Notes: generated from the sequence alone by a model not told the origin. A stretch of DNA of 64,000 bases from Flavobacteriaceae bacterium (GCA_034670265.1 JAXMNU010000006.1:77259-141258), one strand, 5' to 3'; shown: positions 34,724-44,666, counted from the stretch's first letter. Numbers and translations are program-made.

Positions 34724-36748
34724 CTACTTAGAGGTAATCAACCCAGCTCTTTTCAACAAAGCATCTGGATTGGGTTTTTGCCCACGGAATTTTACATACA
34801 ATTCCATAGGATCTTGCGTTCCGCCTTGCGATAGCACAAATTCTTTAAACTTATTAGCAACCTTTTTATTGAAAATTCCTTCTTGTTTAAAATACTCAAA
34901 AGCATCAGCATCCAACACTTCTGCCCATTTGTAACTGTAATATCCAGCCGAATATCCTCCTTGGAAAATATGTGAAAAGGAAGTGCTCATACACGTTTCA
35001 GGAGTTGCGGGATATAAGTTGGTATTTTTAAAAGCGGCTTCTTCAAATTCTTTTACTGAATTAATTTTTGAAGGATTTCCACCGTGCCAAGCCATATCCA
35101 ATAGTCCAAAACTTATTTGTCGAAGCGTTTGCATTCCCTCATGAAAAGTAGCCGATTCTTTTATTTTCTGAACTAACTCCATTGGGATTAATTCATTTGT
35201 TTCAAAATGCTTTGCAAAAAGCTCCAATGTTTCTTTTTCGTAACACCAATTTTCTAAAACTTGACTGGGTAATTCCACAAAATCCCAATATACATTTGTT
35301 CCTGAGAGCCCAGAATATGTTGTATTTGCAAGCATTCCGTGGAGCGCATGACCAAATTCATGGAAAAGGGTAGTGACTTCGTTAAAGGTAAGTAGCGATG
35401 GTTTGCTAGCCGTTGGTTTTGTAAAATTACACACAATGGAAACGTGAGGTCGCTCATTTTTTCCGTTTCTAATTTCTTGAGGTTTGTAACTCGTCATCCA
35501 AGCACCACCGCGCTTTCCGGCACGAGGGTGGAAATCGGCGTAAAAAATAGAAACCAAAGCACCTTCTGTATCTAAAACTTCGTAGGTTTTTACATCGGGA
35601 TGGTATTTGTCAATGGTAGAAATTTCTTTAAATCGAAGTCCAAATAATTTTTCAGCTACTTTAAAAACTCCATCAATCACTTGCTGAAGTGGAAAGTAAG
35701 GTTTTAGTTTTTCATCATCCAATTGAAAGCGTTCTTGCTTTAATTTTTCAGCATAATAGGCGCCATCCCATTTTTGAAGGGTATCAATTCCATCGAGTTT
35801 TTTTGCGTATGCCTGTAATTCTTCAAACTCACTTTGGGCAGCGGGTTTTGCTTTTTCCAAAAGTTCATTCAAAAAGGAAGTAACCTTTTCTGGGGTTTGC
35901 GCCATGCGCTCTTCTAATACAAAATGTGCGTGTGAGTCATAGCCCAATAATTGCGCTCTTTCGTGACGAAGATTCGCAATTTCGAGTACGTTTAATTCAT
36001 TATTGAATTTATTTTTCTGAAAAGTTCTTGCGCCAAATGCCAACGATAATTTTTTCCGAAGTGCTCTCTTTTCAGCATATTTCATAAACGGAATATAGCT
36101 TGGGTAATCCAAAGTAATGACCCAGCCGTCTTTCCCTTTTTCTGAAGCTGTTTGTGCAGCAGCTTCTTTTGCTCCTTCTGGTAAACCAGCTAAATCCTCT
36201 TCTTTGGAGAGATGCATTTCGAAAGCATTGGTTTCTGCCAAAACATTTTCGCCAAATGTGAGCGAGAGTTTCGATAATTCGGTGTCAATTTTCCGAAGTT
36301 TTTCTTTCTTATTATCAGATAAGTTTGCGCCATTTCTCGCAAAACCTTTGTACTGCTTTTCGAGCAGCATGTGTTCTTCAGCGTTTAGCGAGAGGCTATC
36401 TTTTTGCTCAAAAACAGTTTTCACTCTTTTAAAAAGGGCTTCGTTGAGCAATAAATCGTTTTTAAATTCTGAAAGAAGCGGAGAAACTTGCTGTGCAATT
36501 TTTTGAATCTCATCATTAGTTTCAGCACTATTCAGATTAAAAAATACACTAGTTACTCGATCTAATTGCACACCCGTTCGTTCCAAAGCTTCCACCGTAT
36601 TTTTGAAGGTTGGGGCTTCAGAATTAAGGGTGATAGCATTAATTTCCTCCTTCGTTTTATCGATTAAGGTTGTTATAGCAGGAAGAAAATGTTCGTTTTT
36701 TATTTTTGAAAAGGGGGCAGTATCGAAAGATTGTAATAGGGGGTTCAT
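34724..36748 (-). CDS. M3 family metallopeptidase (peptidyl-dipeptidase Dcp / oligopeptidase A-like)
   Basis: 674 aa. Zinc motif HEFGHALH with downstream E. Length is typical of the M3A family. Confidence 0.85.
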   Translation of the reverse strand: MNPLLQSFDTAPFSKIKNEHFLPAITTLIDKTKEEINAITLNSEAPTFKNTVEALERTGVQLDRVTSVFFNLNSAETNDEIQKIAQQVSPLLSEFKNDLLLNEALFKRVKTVFEQKDSLSLNAEEHMLLEKQYKGFARNGANLSDNKKEKLRKIDTELSKLSLTFGENVLAETNAFEMHLSKEEDLAGLPEGAKEAAAQTASEKGKDGWVITLDYPSYIPFMKYAEKRALRKKLSLAFGARTFQKNKFNNELNVLEIANLRHERAQLLGYDSHAHFVLEERMAQTPEKVTSFLNELLEKAKPAAQSEFEELQAYAKKLDGIDTLQKWDGAYYAEKLKQERFQLDDEKLKPYFPLQQVIDGVFKVAEKLFGLRFKEISTIDKYHPDVKTYEVLDTEGALVSIFYADFHPRAGKRGGAWMTSYKPQEIRNGKNERPHVSIVCNFTKPTASKPSLLTFNEVTTLFHEFGHALHGMLANTTYSGLSGTNVYWDFVELPSQVLENWCYEKETLELFAKHFETNELIPMELVQKIKESATFHEGMQTLRQISFGLLDMAWHGGNPSKINSVKEFEEAAFKNTNLYPATPETCMSTSFSHIFQGGYSAGYYSYKWAEVLDADAFEYFKQEGIFNKKVANKFKEFVLSQGGTQDPMELYVKFRGQKPNPDALLKRAGLITSK

Positions 36749-36797
36749 TTAATAATATTGGAATTAATTAGGTCTCGACTGCGCTCGACCGGACTGC

Positions 36798-37283
36798 TTA
36801 TTTTTTTACATTTTTTGCGCCTTCTTCAACTTTTAATTTTAAGCCTTCTTTGTAAGCCACAATTTTGTCCAAAACACATTTGTCGCTAGAACCTATTATT
36901 TGAGCAGCTAGAATTCCAGCGTTTTTAGCGCCATTAAGCGCTACGGTGGCAACAGGTACGCCACCGGGCATCTGTAAGATGCTTAAAACGCTGTCCCACC
37001 CATCAATAGAGTTGCTTGATTTTACGGGAACGCCAATCACAGGCAGTGGAGAAAGCGAAGCCACCATGCCTGGAAGATGTGCCGCACCACCAGCGCCAGC
37101 AATGATAACTGAAATTCCGCGTGTATGTGCATTTTTTCCGTAATCGAATAATTTATCGGGAGTACGATGTGCGGATACGATATCTACCTCAGTTTCAATA
37201 TCAAATCCTTTTAAAATATCAATAGCTTCCTGCATAACGGGCAGGTCGCTGGTGCTTCCCATGATGATTCCTACTTTGCTCAT
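36798..37283 (-). CDS. purE: 5-(carboxyamino)imidazole ribonucleotide mutase
   Basis: 161 aa with GSTSDLP and AGGAAHLPGM motifs. Overlaps the purK stop by 4 nt. Confidence 0.9.
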   Translation of the reverse strand: MSKVGIIMGSTSDLPVMQEAIDILKGFDIETEVDIVSAHRTPDKLFDYGKNAHTRGISVIIAGAGGAAHLPGMVASLSPLPVIGVPVKSSNSIDGWDSVLSILQMPGGVPVATVALNGAKNAGILAAQIIGSSDKCVLDKIVAYKEGLKLKVEEGAKNVKK

Positions 37284-38443
37284 AGTTTCTTGCTTATTAC
37301 TTGAATCGTATTTTTTACTTCTTCGGCTATTTTACGTGCTTTAGATAGGTCTTTATTGACAATGGTCACGTGTCCCATTTTTCGGAAGGGTCGTGTTTCC
37401 TTTTTACCATAAATATGAGGTGTGACGCCTTCCATTTTCATGATGTTCTCTATGTTTTGATAATGGACTTCGCCAGTATGTCCTTCTGCACCTACCAAAT
37501 TTACCATAATTCCGCCAACTTTGCTGTCGGTTTTTCCTAAAGGAAGGTTTAAAATGGTACGAAGATGTTGCTCAAATTGGTTAGTAAAACTTGCTTCAAT
37601 ACTATAATGGCCACTATTGTGAGGTCGTGGAGCGACTTCGTTTACTAGAATTTCATCATCCTCTGTCTGAAACATTTCAACTGCCAATAAGCCCACATGT
37701 TCAAAGGCATTGGAAACTTTTTCGGCTACAGCTCGTGCTTTTTTTGCTACGCCTTCATCAATTCTGGCAGGGCATATCACATATTCCACTTGATTCGCTT
37801 CGGGGTGGAATTCCATTTCTACTACTGGATAAGTAGTTACTTCACCCGAAGGATTTCGAGCGACAATTACCGCTAATTCATTTTTAAAAGGAATTAATTT
37901 TTCAGCAATACAGGCTCCATTTGAAAGCGGGATGATGTCTTCAGCATCACGAATAATAGAAACACCTTTTCCGTCATAACCACCCGTACAGCTTTTCCAA
38001 ACAAAAGGAAAGTGCAGCTCTTTACGCACAACCGCTTCATTTAATTCATTTTTGTCTTTAAAAACCCTAAATGGAGACGTTGGGATTTGATGTGTTTTAT
38101 AGAATTGCTTCTGAATTCCTTTATCCTGAATATTTCGCAGTGTTTTTGAGGAAGGGTAAACTTTTTTTCCTTCGGCTTCTAATTTTTCGAGGGCATCCAC
38201 ATTCACTCCTTCAATTTCAAATGTGAGTACATCTACCTTTTTTCCGAAGTTATACACCGTTTCAAAATCCATTAAATCTCCCTGTTGAAAGACATCGCAA
38301 GCAATGCGGCAAGGTGCTTCGGCACTAGGATCCAGTACATGGGTTTTAATATCGAATTTACGGGTTTCGTAGAGCAGCATTTTTCCTAATTGGCCGCCGC
38401 CTAAAATTCCGAGGGTGAAATCAGAAGAAAAATAATTTACCAT
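37280..38443 (-). CDS. purK: 5-(carboxyamino)imidazole ribonucleotide synthase
   Basis: Start taken at ATG 38443 (MVNYFSSDFTLGILGGGQLGKM). ATP-grasp fold. The track's longer N-terminus runs across the divergent promoter region and into adk. Confidence 0.85.
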   Translation of the reverse strand: MVNYFSSDFTLGILGGGQLGKMLLYETRKFDIKTHVLDPSAEAPCRIACDVFQQGDLMDFETVYNFGKKVDVLTFEIEGVNVDALEKLEAEGKKVYPSSKTLRNIQDKGIQKQFYKTHQIPTSPFRVFKDKNELNEAVVRKELHFPFVWKSCTGGYDGKGVSIIRDAEDIIPLSNGACIAEKLIPFKNELAVIVARNPSGEVTTYPVVEMEFHPEANQVEYVICPARIDEGVAKKARAVAEKVSNAFEHVGLLAVEMFQTEDDEILVNEVAPRPHNSGHYSIEASFTNQFEQHLRTILNLPLGKTDSKVGGIMVNLVGAEGHTGEVHYQNIENIMKMEGVTPHIYGKKETRPFRKMGHVTIVNKDLSKARKIAEEVKNTIQVISKKL

Positions 38444-38447
38444 GCCA

Positions 38448-38455
38448 CAAAGGTA
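38448..38455 (-). promoter_or_regulatory. Bacteroidota -7 promoter box TACCTTTG, 4 nt from purK ATG
   Basis: The minus strand reads gattgTACCTTTGtggcATG. Confidence 0.4.
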
Positions 38456-38474
38456 CAATCTTCTTTGAATTGGG

Positions 38475-38482
38475 TATCTTTG
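38475..38482 (+). promoter_or_regulatory. Bacteroidota -7 promoter box TATCTTTG for adk(-obg)
   Basis: Exact TAnnTTTG, 55 nt upstream of ATG 38538. It is followed by CACCCGCA, as at the tRNA-Val(UAC) promoter. Confidence 0.5.
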
Positions 38483-38537
38483 CACCCGCATTATGTGGAA
38501 TTTTTTTAAATTATTATTTAGTAAGAATAGAAAGCAG

Positions 38538-39110
38538 ATGAAAAACATCGTTTTATTTGGCCCTCCTGGGGCAGGAAAAGGTACTCAAGCCGAATTTTTA
38601 AAGGAAAAATATCAATTAGTTCACATTTCTACGGGAGATGTGTTTCGATATAACATTAAAAACAACACTGAATTAGGTGCTTTGGCAAAATCCTATATGG
38701 ATAAAGGGCATTTGGTGCCAGATGAAGTAACCATCAATATGCTAGAAGCTGAAGTGGAAAAAAATTCGAAAGCCAATGGGTTTATTTTTGATGGTTTCCC
38801 AAGAACGGAAGCACAAGCTGAAGCTTTAGCGGCGTTAATGGAGAAAAAGAATAGCCAAATAAACGCCATGGTTGCGTTGGAAGTAGATGATGAAGTATTG
38901 GTTGGACGTCTTTTGGAACGAGGAAAAGTTAGTGGTCGTGCAGACGATGCAAACGAAGAAGTGATACGCGAACGCATTGCGGAATACTACCGAAAAACAG
39001 ATATTTTGAAAGGCTATTACCAAAAACAAGACAAGTATTTTGGAGTAGATGGTGTTGGGAGCATTAAGGAAATTACAGAACGATTAAGCAAAGTAATAGA
39101 TAGATTATAA
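38538..39110 (+). CDS. adk: adenylate kinase
   Basis: Start at ATG 38538 (MKNIVLFGPPGAGKGTQ P-loop). Short LID-less form, 190 aa. Confidence 0.9.
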   Translation: MKNIVLFGPPGAGKGTQAEFLKEKYQLVHISTGDVFRYNIKNNTELGALAKSYMDKGHLVPDEVTINMLEAEVEKNSKANGFIFDGFPRTEAQAEALAALMEKKNSQINAMVALEVDDEVLVGRLLERGKVSGRADDANEEVIRERIAEYYRKTDILKGYYQKQDKYFGVDGVGSIKEITERLSKVIDRL

Positions 39111-39120
39111 ATTAAAAGAA

Positions 39121-39153
39121 TTCCCCCTTTGAAGGGGGATAAAGGGGGATGTT
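39121..39153 (+). repeat. short dispersed intergenic repeat, copy 1 (TTCCCCCTTTGAAGGGGGATAAAGGGGGATGTT)
   Basis: 7-bp stem and 4-nt loop hairpin (TCCCCCT TTGA AGGGGGA) followed by AAGGGGGATGTT. A related copy lies at 45628-45660. It fills the adk-obg gap and abuts the obg ATG. Confidence 0.7.
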
Positions 39154-40164
39154 ATGACCGAAGGAAATTTTGTTGACTATGTAAAACTCCATGTGTCTTC
39201 TGGAAAAGGGGGGCAAGGGAGCAGACACCTTAGAAGGGAAAAATACATCCCTAAAGGAGGCCCTGATGGGGGTGATGGTGGTCGTGGAGGACATATAATA
39301 ATCAAAGCAAACAAGAACCTTTGGACCTTATACCATTTAAAATTTAAACGACACTTTTCTGCCGAGGGCGGTGGTGCAGGAGGAAAACAAACTAGCACAG
39401 GTGCCGATGGTGCCGATGTGTATATTGAAGTACCCTTAGGAACTGTTATTAAAAATACCGATACAGGAGAAACCTATAAAGAACTTACCGAAGACAACGA
39501 AGAATTAATTGTGGCTCAAGGCGGAAAAGGGGGAATGGGGAATGCACATTTTAAGACGTCTACCAATCAAACTCCACGCTATGCACAGCCTGGATTAGAG
39601 GGAGAAGAGCATAATATTACACTAGAAATGAAAGTGTTGGCAGATGTGGGATTGGTTGGTTTTCCTAATGCAGGGAAATCTACCTTGCTTTCTGTTATTA
39701 CAGCAGCCAAGCCCAAAATAGCCGATTACGAATTCACCACCCTAAAACCCAATTTAGGGATTGTTACCCACCGCGATTACCAAACCTTTGTGATGGCAGA
39801 TATTCCTGGTATTATTGAAGGTGCTGCCGAAGGGAAAGGATTAGGGCACTACTTTTTACGTCACATAGAGCGTAATTCTACATTACTGTTTTTAATTCCA
39901 GCAGATGCCAAAGATATTCGTGAGCAATATGATATTCTTTTGGACGAATTACGGCGATACAACCCAGAGCTTTTAGATAAAGAAAGACTTGTGGCTATTT
40001 CAAAAAGTGATATGCTGGATGAGGAGTTAAAAGCTGAAATGAAGCAAGAGTTGGATAAAGAATTTAAAGGTATTCCGTATTTGTTTATTTCTTCGGTGGC
40101 TCAAAAAGGGTTAACAGAACTGAAAGATACCCTTTGGGAGATGTTAAATGTTAAAAGTGAATAA
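39154..40164 (+). CDS. obg: GTPase ObgE/CgtA
   Basis: 336 aa. Gly-rich Obg fold ([12 protein letters not shown]), G1 [10 protein letters not shown]3 DIPG, G4 SKSD. Confidence 0.9.
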   Translation: MTEGNFVDYVKLHVSSGKGGQGSRHLRREKYIPKGGPDGGDGGRGGHIIIKANKNLWTLYHLKFKRHFSAEGGGAGGKQTSTGADGADVYIEVPLGTVIKNTDTGETYKELTEDNEELIVAQGGKGGMGNAHFKTSTNQTPRYAQPGLEGEEHNITLEMKVLADVGLVGFPNAGKSTLLSVITAAKPKIADYEFTTLKPNLGIVTHRDYQTFVMADIPGIIEGAAEGKGLGHYFLRHIERNSTLLFLIPADAKDIREQYDILLDELRRYNPELLDKERLVAISKSDMLDEELKAEMKQELDKEFKGIPYLFISSVAQKGLTELKDTLWEMLNVKSE

Positions 40165-40229
40165 CCCTTACTTTTAAGCAATTCTTTATAAATCATTTTT
40201 TAGTATCTTAGGATTTCTAACTCACTGCT

Positions 40230-42551
40230 ATGAGAGGATTTCCGTTTTTCATCACTTTTTTACTTGCTTTCAATTTCAGTTATGGACAATGTGGAAGTAG
40301 TTTTATTGTTCTTAGTTCACAAGAGGATGTAAATTCTTTTTCAGTTAATTATCCTGATTGTACAAATCCTCATTATTTATATATAAGTGGATCAGATATT
40401 GTTGATTTAAATCCATTGAGTCAATTAGAACAAATTAAAATTGATTTAAGGATTGAGTCTAATCCACTTTTGGAAAGTTTAACTGGGCTTGAAAATATTT
40501 CATTAGGAAACAATAACACAAGAGGTATTCTTTATATAAGGAACAACCCTAGCCTCATTTCACTTGATGGACTCCTAGGAATTTCCTGTATTTCAAACGT
40601 AGGGATGGATGATATAAAAATAGAAAATAACGCATCTCTTATTTCAATTTCAGCTTTATCATCCATTAACGTTATTGTGTATTTTGTAGAGATTAATAAT
40701 AACCAAATTCTAACTTCTATAAATGCGATTCAGGATTTTTCTGAAATTAAAAGTTTAATAGTGAAGAACAATAGCCAATTAGAGACACTTCCTAATATAC
40801 CTTTTGATGAATATATGTACAATGTCGAAATTATTGGGAACCCACAATTGCAAAGTTTAATAGGGCTAGAAGCTATAACAAAAATTACTCAAAGAATTTA
40901 TATAAATAACAACGACTTATTGGCTAATATAGATCCTTTAAGTGGAGTCTTAGATGGGAATACAGTAGTTGAAGGTAGTTCACTCCTTATTGAGATTAAT
41001 GACAATGAATTGTTAACAGATATTTCTGGAATTGCAAATATTAACCCTTTGGAAATTGAGTCATTATCAATTATTGATAATCCAAATTTATCTACTTGTA
41101 ATGTTATAAGTGTTTGCAACCATATACAAAATAATGGTACAGCTCAAATTTCAAATAATACTGTAGGGTGTAATTCAGTAGAAGAAGTATTTGTTAAATG
41201 TAGTACTACTTTTAATGCAGTAGTAGGTAATGTTCAATTTGATAATAACCAAGACGGATGTGATGAAACAGATTTTAAAGCTCCAAATCGATTAATAGAT
41301 GTTTCAAATAGCACTGAAACAAGACAAACACTCACTAATGAAGATGGACGTTACCGCCTTTTTGTTCCTTGGCTAGGCGCTGTTAATGTTTCAGTTAATG
41401 AAGAAGCACTCACTGAGAATTTTTCTTCTGATCCTTCAGGAGTTGTAATAAACTTCGATGATTTTGGAAGTTATTCTGAAAATGATTTTTGTATTTCGGC
41501 AACACAAGTTTTTAATGATTTAAACACTGTCTTATTTCCCCTTGACAATGCAAGACCTGGCTTTGATACAGAATACAATTTAAGTTTCGCAAATGCTGGA
41601 ACTACAGTCTTAAATGGGCAGATTACTTTAAAATTTAATAGTGAGCGACAAAGTTTTTTAAATGCAATACCTGAAGAAGAAGGAATAGAAGGTAATTTTA
41701 TTACTTTCCAATTTCAAGATTTACTACCCTTTGAAGAAAGGTCAATTTTAATTGTATTTAATACACTTCCACCACCTATAAATGAATCTGACGATATACT
41801 TATTTTTACAGCTGAGGTAAAGCCTTTAGATAATGATTTTACGCCAGAGGACAATACATATATACTAGAACAAATTATAATAAACTCCCAAGACCCAAAT
41901 GATAAACTAGTAGCACAAGGGACTACAATTGAGCCACAAGAAGTTGGGCTATATTTAGAATATGTTATTCGATTTCAAAATGTAGGTACAGCTAGTGCTA
42001 TAAATGTTAGAGTGGAAGATGAATTAAGTGCTAATTTGCAAAAAAATACCCTCAAAATAATTTCGTCAAGTCATCCCTTTTCACTGGAAATAGAAAATCA
42101 AAACAAATTAATTTTTAGCTTTAATAATATAGACCTGCCTCCGGAAATGAGCGACCCTGAAGGAAGCAATGGATTTGTTGCATTTAAAATAAAATCTAAT
42201 AATAATCTTGAAATTGGAGACAAAATTGTAAATACGGCATCAATTTATTTTGATTTTAACGCTCCTATTATAACTAATACAGTTGTTACAGAAATAGCAA
42301 TACCTCCAAGTGATGAAGTAAGCTTTAGTGGAGTTATAAATCTACACCCTGTCCCCATAAAAGATTTTTTACAAATTTCTTCTAGCAATGGAATAACTTA
42401 TTTAAGGTGTGAAATTTTTGGAACTTCTGAACGAAAAGTTTTGGAGACTTCAAAAAAAACTATTGATTTTTCAAGTCTAGCTGCTGGGGTGTATTTTGTA
42501 AAAGTATTTACAAATAAAGGAAATTTTACTAAAAAAGTTATTAAACAATAA
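40230..42551 (+). CDS. Cys-capped leucine-rich-repeat surface protein with beta-sandwich modules and T9SS C-terminal sorting domain
   Basis: 773 aa with signal peptide. N-cap GQCGSSFIVLSSQEDVNSFSVNYPDC, about 22-25-aa LRR-like periodicity, and a 4-Cys C-cap (STCNVISVCN...NNTVGCNSVEEVFVKC). Then modules carrying SQDPNDK ... IYFDFNAPIITN, and CTD ...FSSLAAGVYFVKVFTNKGNFTKKVIKQ. Confidence 0.7.
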   Translation: MRGFPFFITFLLAFNFSYGQCGSSFIVLSSQEDVNSFSVNYPDCTNPHYLYISGSDIVDLNPLSQLEQIKIDLRIESNPLLESLTGLENISLGNNNTRGILYIRNNPSLISLDGLLGISCISNVGMDDIKIENNASLISISALSSINVIVYFVEINNNQILTSINAIQDFSEIKSLIVKNNSQLETLPNIPFDEYMYNVEIIGNPQLQSLIGLEAITKITQRIYINNNDLLANIDPLSGVLDGNTVVEGSSLLIEINDNELLTDISGIANINPLEIESLSIIDNPNLSTCNVISVCNHIQNNGTAQISNNTVGCNSVEEVFVKCSTTFNAVVGNVQFDNNQDGCDETDFKAPNRLIDVSNSTETRQTLTNEDGRYRLFVPWLGAVNVSVNEEALTENFSSDPSGVVINFDDFGSYSENDFCISATQVFNDLNTVLFPLDNARPGFDTEYNLSFANAGTTVLNGQITLKFNSERQSFLNAIPEEEGIEGNFITFQFQDLLPFEERSILIVFNTLPPPINESDDILIFTAEVKPLDNDFTPEDNTYILEQIIINSQDPNDKLVAQGTTIEPQEVGLYLEYVIRFQNVGTASAINVRVEDELSANLQKNTLKIISSSHPFSLEIENQNKLIFSFNNIDLPPEMSDPEGSNGFVAFKIKSNNNLEIGDKIVNTASIYFDFNAPIITNTVVTEIAIPPSDEVSFSGVINLHPVPIKDFLQISSSNGITYLRCEIFGTSERKVLETSKKTIDFSSLAAGVYFVKVFTNKGNFTKKVIKQ

Positions 42552-42661
42552 ACTTTTTAGACTCATCATAATATAAAGTTTATCTCTTCATTTATATAAT
42601 TAACAGCACGTTACACAATTTCAATAGTTTTATTTTCTATCTTGTAGCAAAACTAACTGCT

Positions 42662-44047
42662 ATGAAAACAAAACTATTTTTAATTGCTTCAATTTTAATG
42701 ATATTTAATTGTTTGGGACAATGCCCTACCACAAATATTTTAATTGAAACTCAAGAAGATATTGATAATTTCGCTTCAGATTATCCAGATTGTTCAATTC
42801 TTACTAAGGAACTTCGTATAAATGGGGTAACAAGCCCAATTACCAACTTAAATGGGTTATCTGGTATTACTAATGCCGAAGAAATTTTTATTCATAATAC
42901 TGAGATTTCGGATTTTACAGGATTACATAATCTAGAAACTATTGCACATCTTTCCATTTGGGGAAATCATACTATTCAAAACTTAGAAGGATTATCTGCA
43001 ATACAGTCTCTAGCATTTCTAGAATTATTTATAAACAATGCAATTACAGATGTATCAGGAATGCCCAATCTTAGTTTTATAGAAAACCTTAGCATATTTT
43101 ATAATAACAATTTAAGCGATTTATCTGCTTTTAATTTTATTACAACCCTTACAGACTTAAACATTGGAGGAGGGAATGAATTAACATCCCTTATGGGTTT
43201 AGAAAATTTACAAACCATAGATGGAGACTTAGTGCTTTCAAATTTACAGTTGGAAGATTTTAGTGAATTAAATGGTTTAGAGGACATCAATGGCTCACTG
43301 TATATTCTTAATAATTCCAATGTCCAAGATATATCTATCTTTAATGAGATTAATATTTTGCAAGATTTATATATTTTAGGTTGTCCAAATTTATCAGATC
43401 TTACTGGACTTGAAAACATCCAAATTGTTGGTGGCACATTACGGATTGGATTAATGGATCAATTAACAGATTTGTCTATATTTTCTAATTTACTCTATGC
43501 AGGTAATTTGGATATTTACCAAAACAATAATTTGCAATCATTAACTGGACTTGAATCTCTTCAAGAAATCGATCAAACACTTCATTTACTTAATAATTCT
43601 GCGTTAGTAAATATTGAAGCTCTTAATGGTGTCTCTACAAGCGAGATAGCTGAAGTAGTGATGAGCTACAATACTAGTCTTTCGGTTTGTACAACCGATT
43701 TTATGTGTACTGTGGTAAATGATGGTTCCATCACCAAATTTATAAATGATAATGCAGTTGGATGTAGTTCTGTGGAAGAAATTCAAAAAGAATGTCTTTT
43801 AGGAAGTGATGATTTTACCATTTCAAACACTGTTTTATTATTGCCAAACCCTGTTTCAAATATGCTTCAGGTTCATTTGACAAATAATATTGAGCTACAA
43901 AGTGTTTTGGTATATTCTATGTCAGGGCAAAAGCTTTTTGAAAGTAATCAAAAAATAGTCGATTTTTCAAGTCTTGCTTCTGGAGTATACTTTGTTGACG
44001 TACTAACAAACCGCGGAATGGTAAGCGAGAAAGTTGTTAAAAATTAG
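42662..44047 (+). CDS. Cys-capped leucine-rich-repeat surface protein with T9SS C-terminal sorting domain (short paralog of 40230..42551)
   Basis: 461 aa. N-cap GQCPTTNILIETQEDIDNFASDYPDC, LRRs (LTGLENIQIVGGTLRI, LTGLESLQEIDQTLHLL), C-cap SVCTTDFMCT...DNAVGCSSVEEIQKEC, and CTD ...FSSLASGVYFVDVLTNRGMVSEKVVKN. Confidence 0.7.
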   Translation: MKTKLFLIASILMIFNCLGQCPTTNILIETQEDIDNFASDYPDCSILTKELRINGVTSPITNLNGLSGITNAEEIFIHNTEISDFTGLHNLETIAHLSIWGNHTIQNLEGLSAIQSLAFLELFINNAITDVSGMPNLSFIENLSIFYNNNLSDLSAFNFITTLTDLNIGGGNELTSLMGLENLQTIDGDLVLSNLQLEDFSELNGLEDINGSLYILNNSNVQDISIFNEINILQDLYILGCPNLSDLTGLENIQIVGGTLRIGLMDQLTDLSIFSNLLYAGNLDIYQNNNLQSLTGLESLQEIDQTLHLLNNSALVNIEALNGVSTSEIAEVVMSYNTSLSVCTTDFMCTVVNDGSITKFINDNAVGCSSVEEIQKECLLGSDDFTISNTVLLLPNPVSNMLQVHLTNNIELQSVLVYSMSGQKLFESNQKIVDFSSLASGVYFVDVLTNRGMVSEKVVKN

Positions 44048-44092
44048 TCAAAGGGAAAACCAACCAGCTTATATTTCAGTATATTTAAAAAA

Positions 44093-44620
44093 ATGCTGAA
44101 AATGAAGTATTCATTTATCTTATTGATTGCTTTTCTATATTCTTGCGGAAGTACGGTTGCCGTAGATTATGAAAAGCAAACAAATTTTACCCAGTTCGAA
44201 ACCTATAATTTCTATCCAACTATTGATTCTGGGCTAAACGATCTAGACGATAGGCGAATTATGTTGACCATTGATAGTGTAATGGCTCAAAAAGGATTTC
44301 AAAAGGCTGAAAATCCGCAATTACTTATTAATTTTTTTGTAAAAGAATTACTTACAAACTCTCGTAATACCTTAGGAATAGGCATTGGTAGCGGAGGGGG
44401 TAATGTAGGTATAGGAGTAAGTGGTGGAATACCTATTGGCGGAAAAGAAATTGAGCAACAGTTTACGTTAGACTTAATCGACGCTAATAATGATGCGCTG
44501 ATTTGGCAAGGAATATTGAATGGGCGATATAAAGAAAAATCAACTCCGCTTCAAAAGGAGAAATATTATAGTGCAATACTTCAAAAAATTCTAAAAAAGT
44601 ATCCTCCAGCCATAAAATAA
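44093..44620 (+). CDS. lipoprotein, DUF4136-like
   Basis: 175 aa. Signal plus lipobox ...IAFLYSC (an alternative ATG is at 44102). Gly-rich loop GIGIGSGGGNVGIGVSGG. Overall resemblance to DUF4136 lipoproteins is from memory only. Confidence 0.5.
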   Translation: MLKMKYSFILLIAFLYSCGSTVAVDYEKQTNFTQFETYNFYPTIDSGLNDLDDRRIMLTIDSVMAQKGFQKAENPQLLINFFVKELLTNSRNTLGIGIGSGGGNVGIGVSGGIPIGGKEIEQQFTLDLIDANNDALIWQGILNGRYKEKSTPLQKEKYYSAILQKILKKYPPAIK

Positions 44621-44666
44621 CCTACTCAATTAAAAGTTTACTATTTTTGAAAACCAAATCTTAACT

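Noticed and set aside
36117-36506. 129-aa + strand ORF inside the M3 peptidase gene, and similar antisense ORFs inside porU (11412-11750), alkaline phosphatase (25159-25632) and the LRR gene (43099-43437)
   Set aside because: All are antisense to long, motif-supported genes. They have Ser/Phe/Cys-rich low-complexity products and no independent start or terminator signals.
38444-38548. N-terminal extension of purK (track start 38548) and of adk (track start 38493)
   Set aside because: The two extensions overlap each other on opposite strands and contain both divergent TAnnTTTG boxes. The conserved N-terminal motifs begin right after the internal ATGs (38443 for purK, 38538 for adk).
39112-39294. 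60-aa minus-strand ORF (…[12 protein letters not shown]) overlapping the obg start
   Set aside because: It is created by the G/C-rich intergenic repeat and the Gly-rich Obg N-terminal coding region read in reverse. It overlaps a highly conserved gene.
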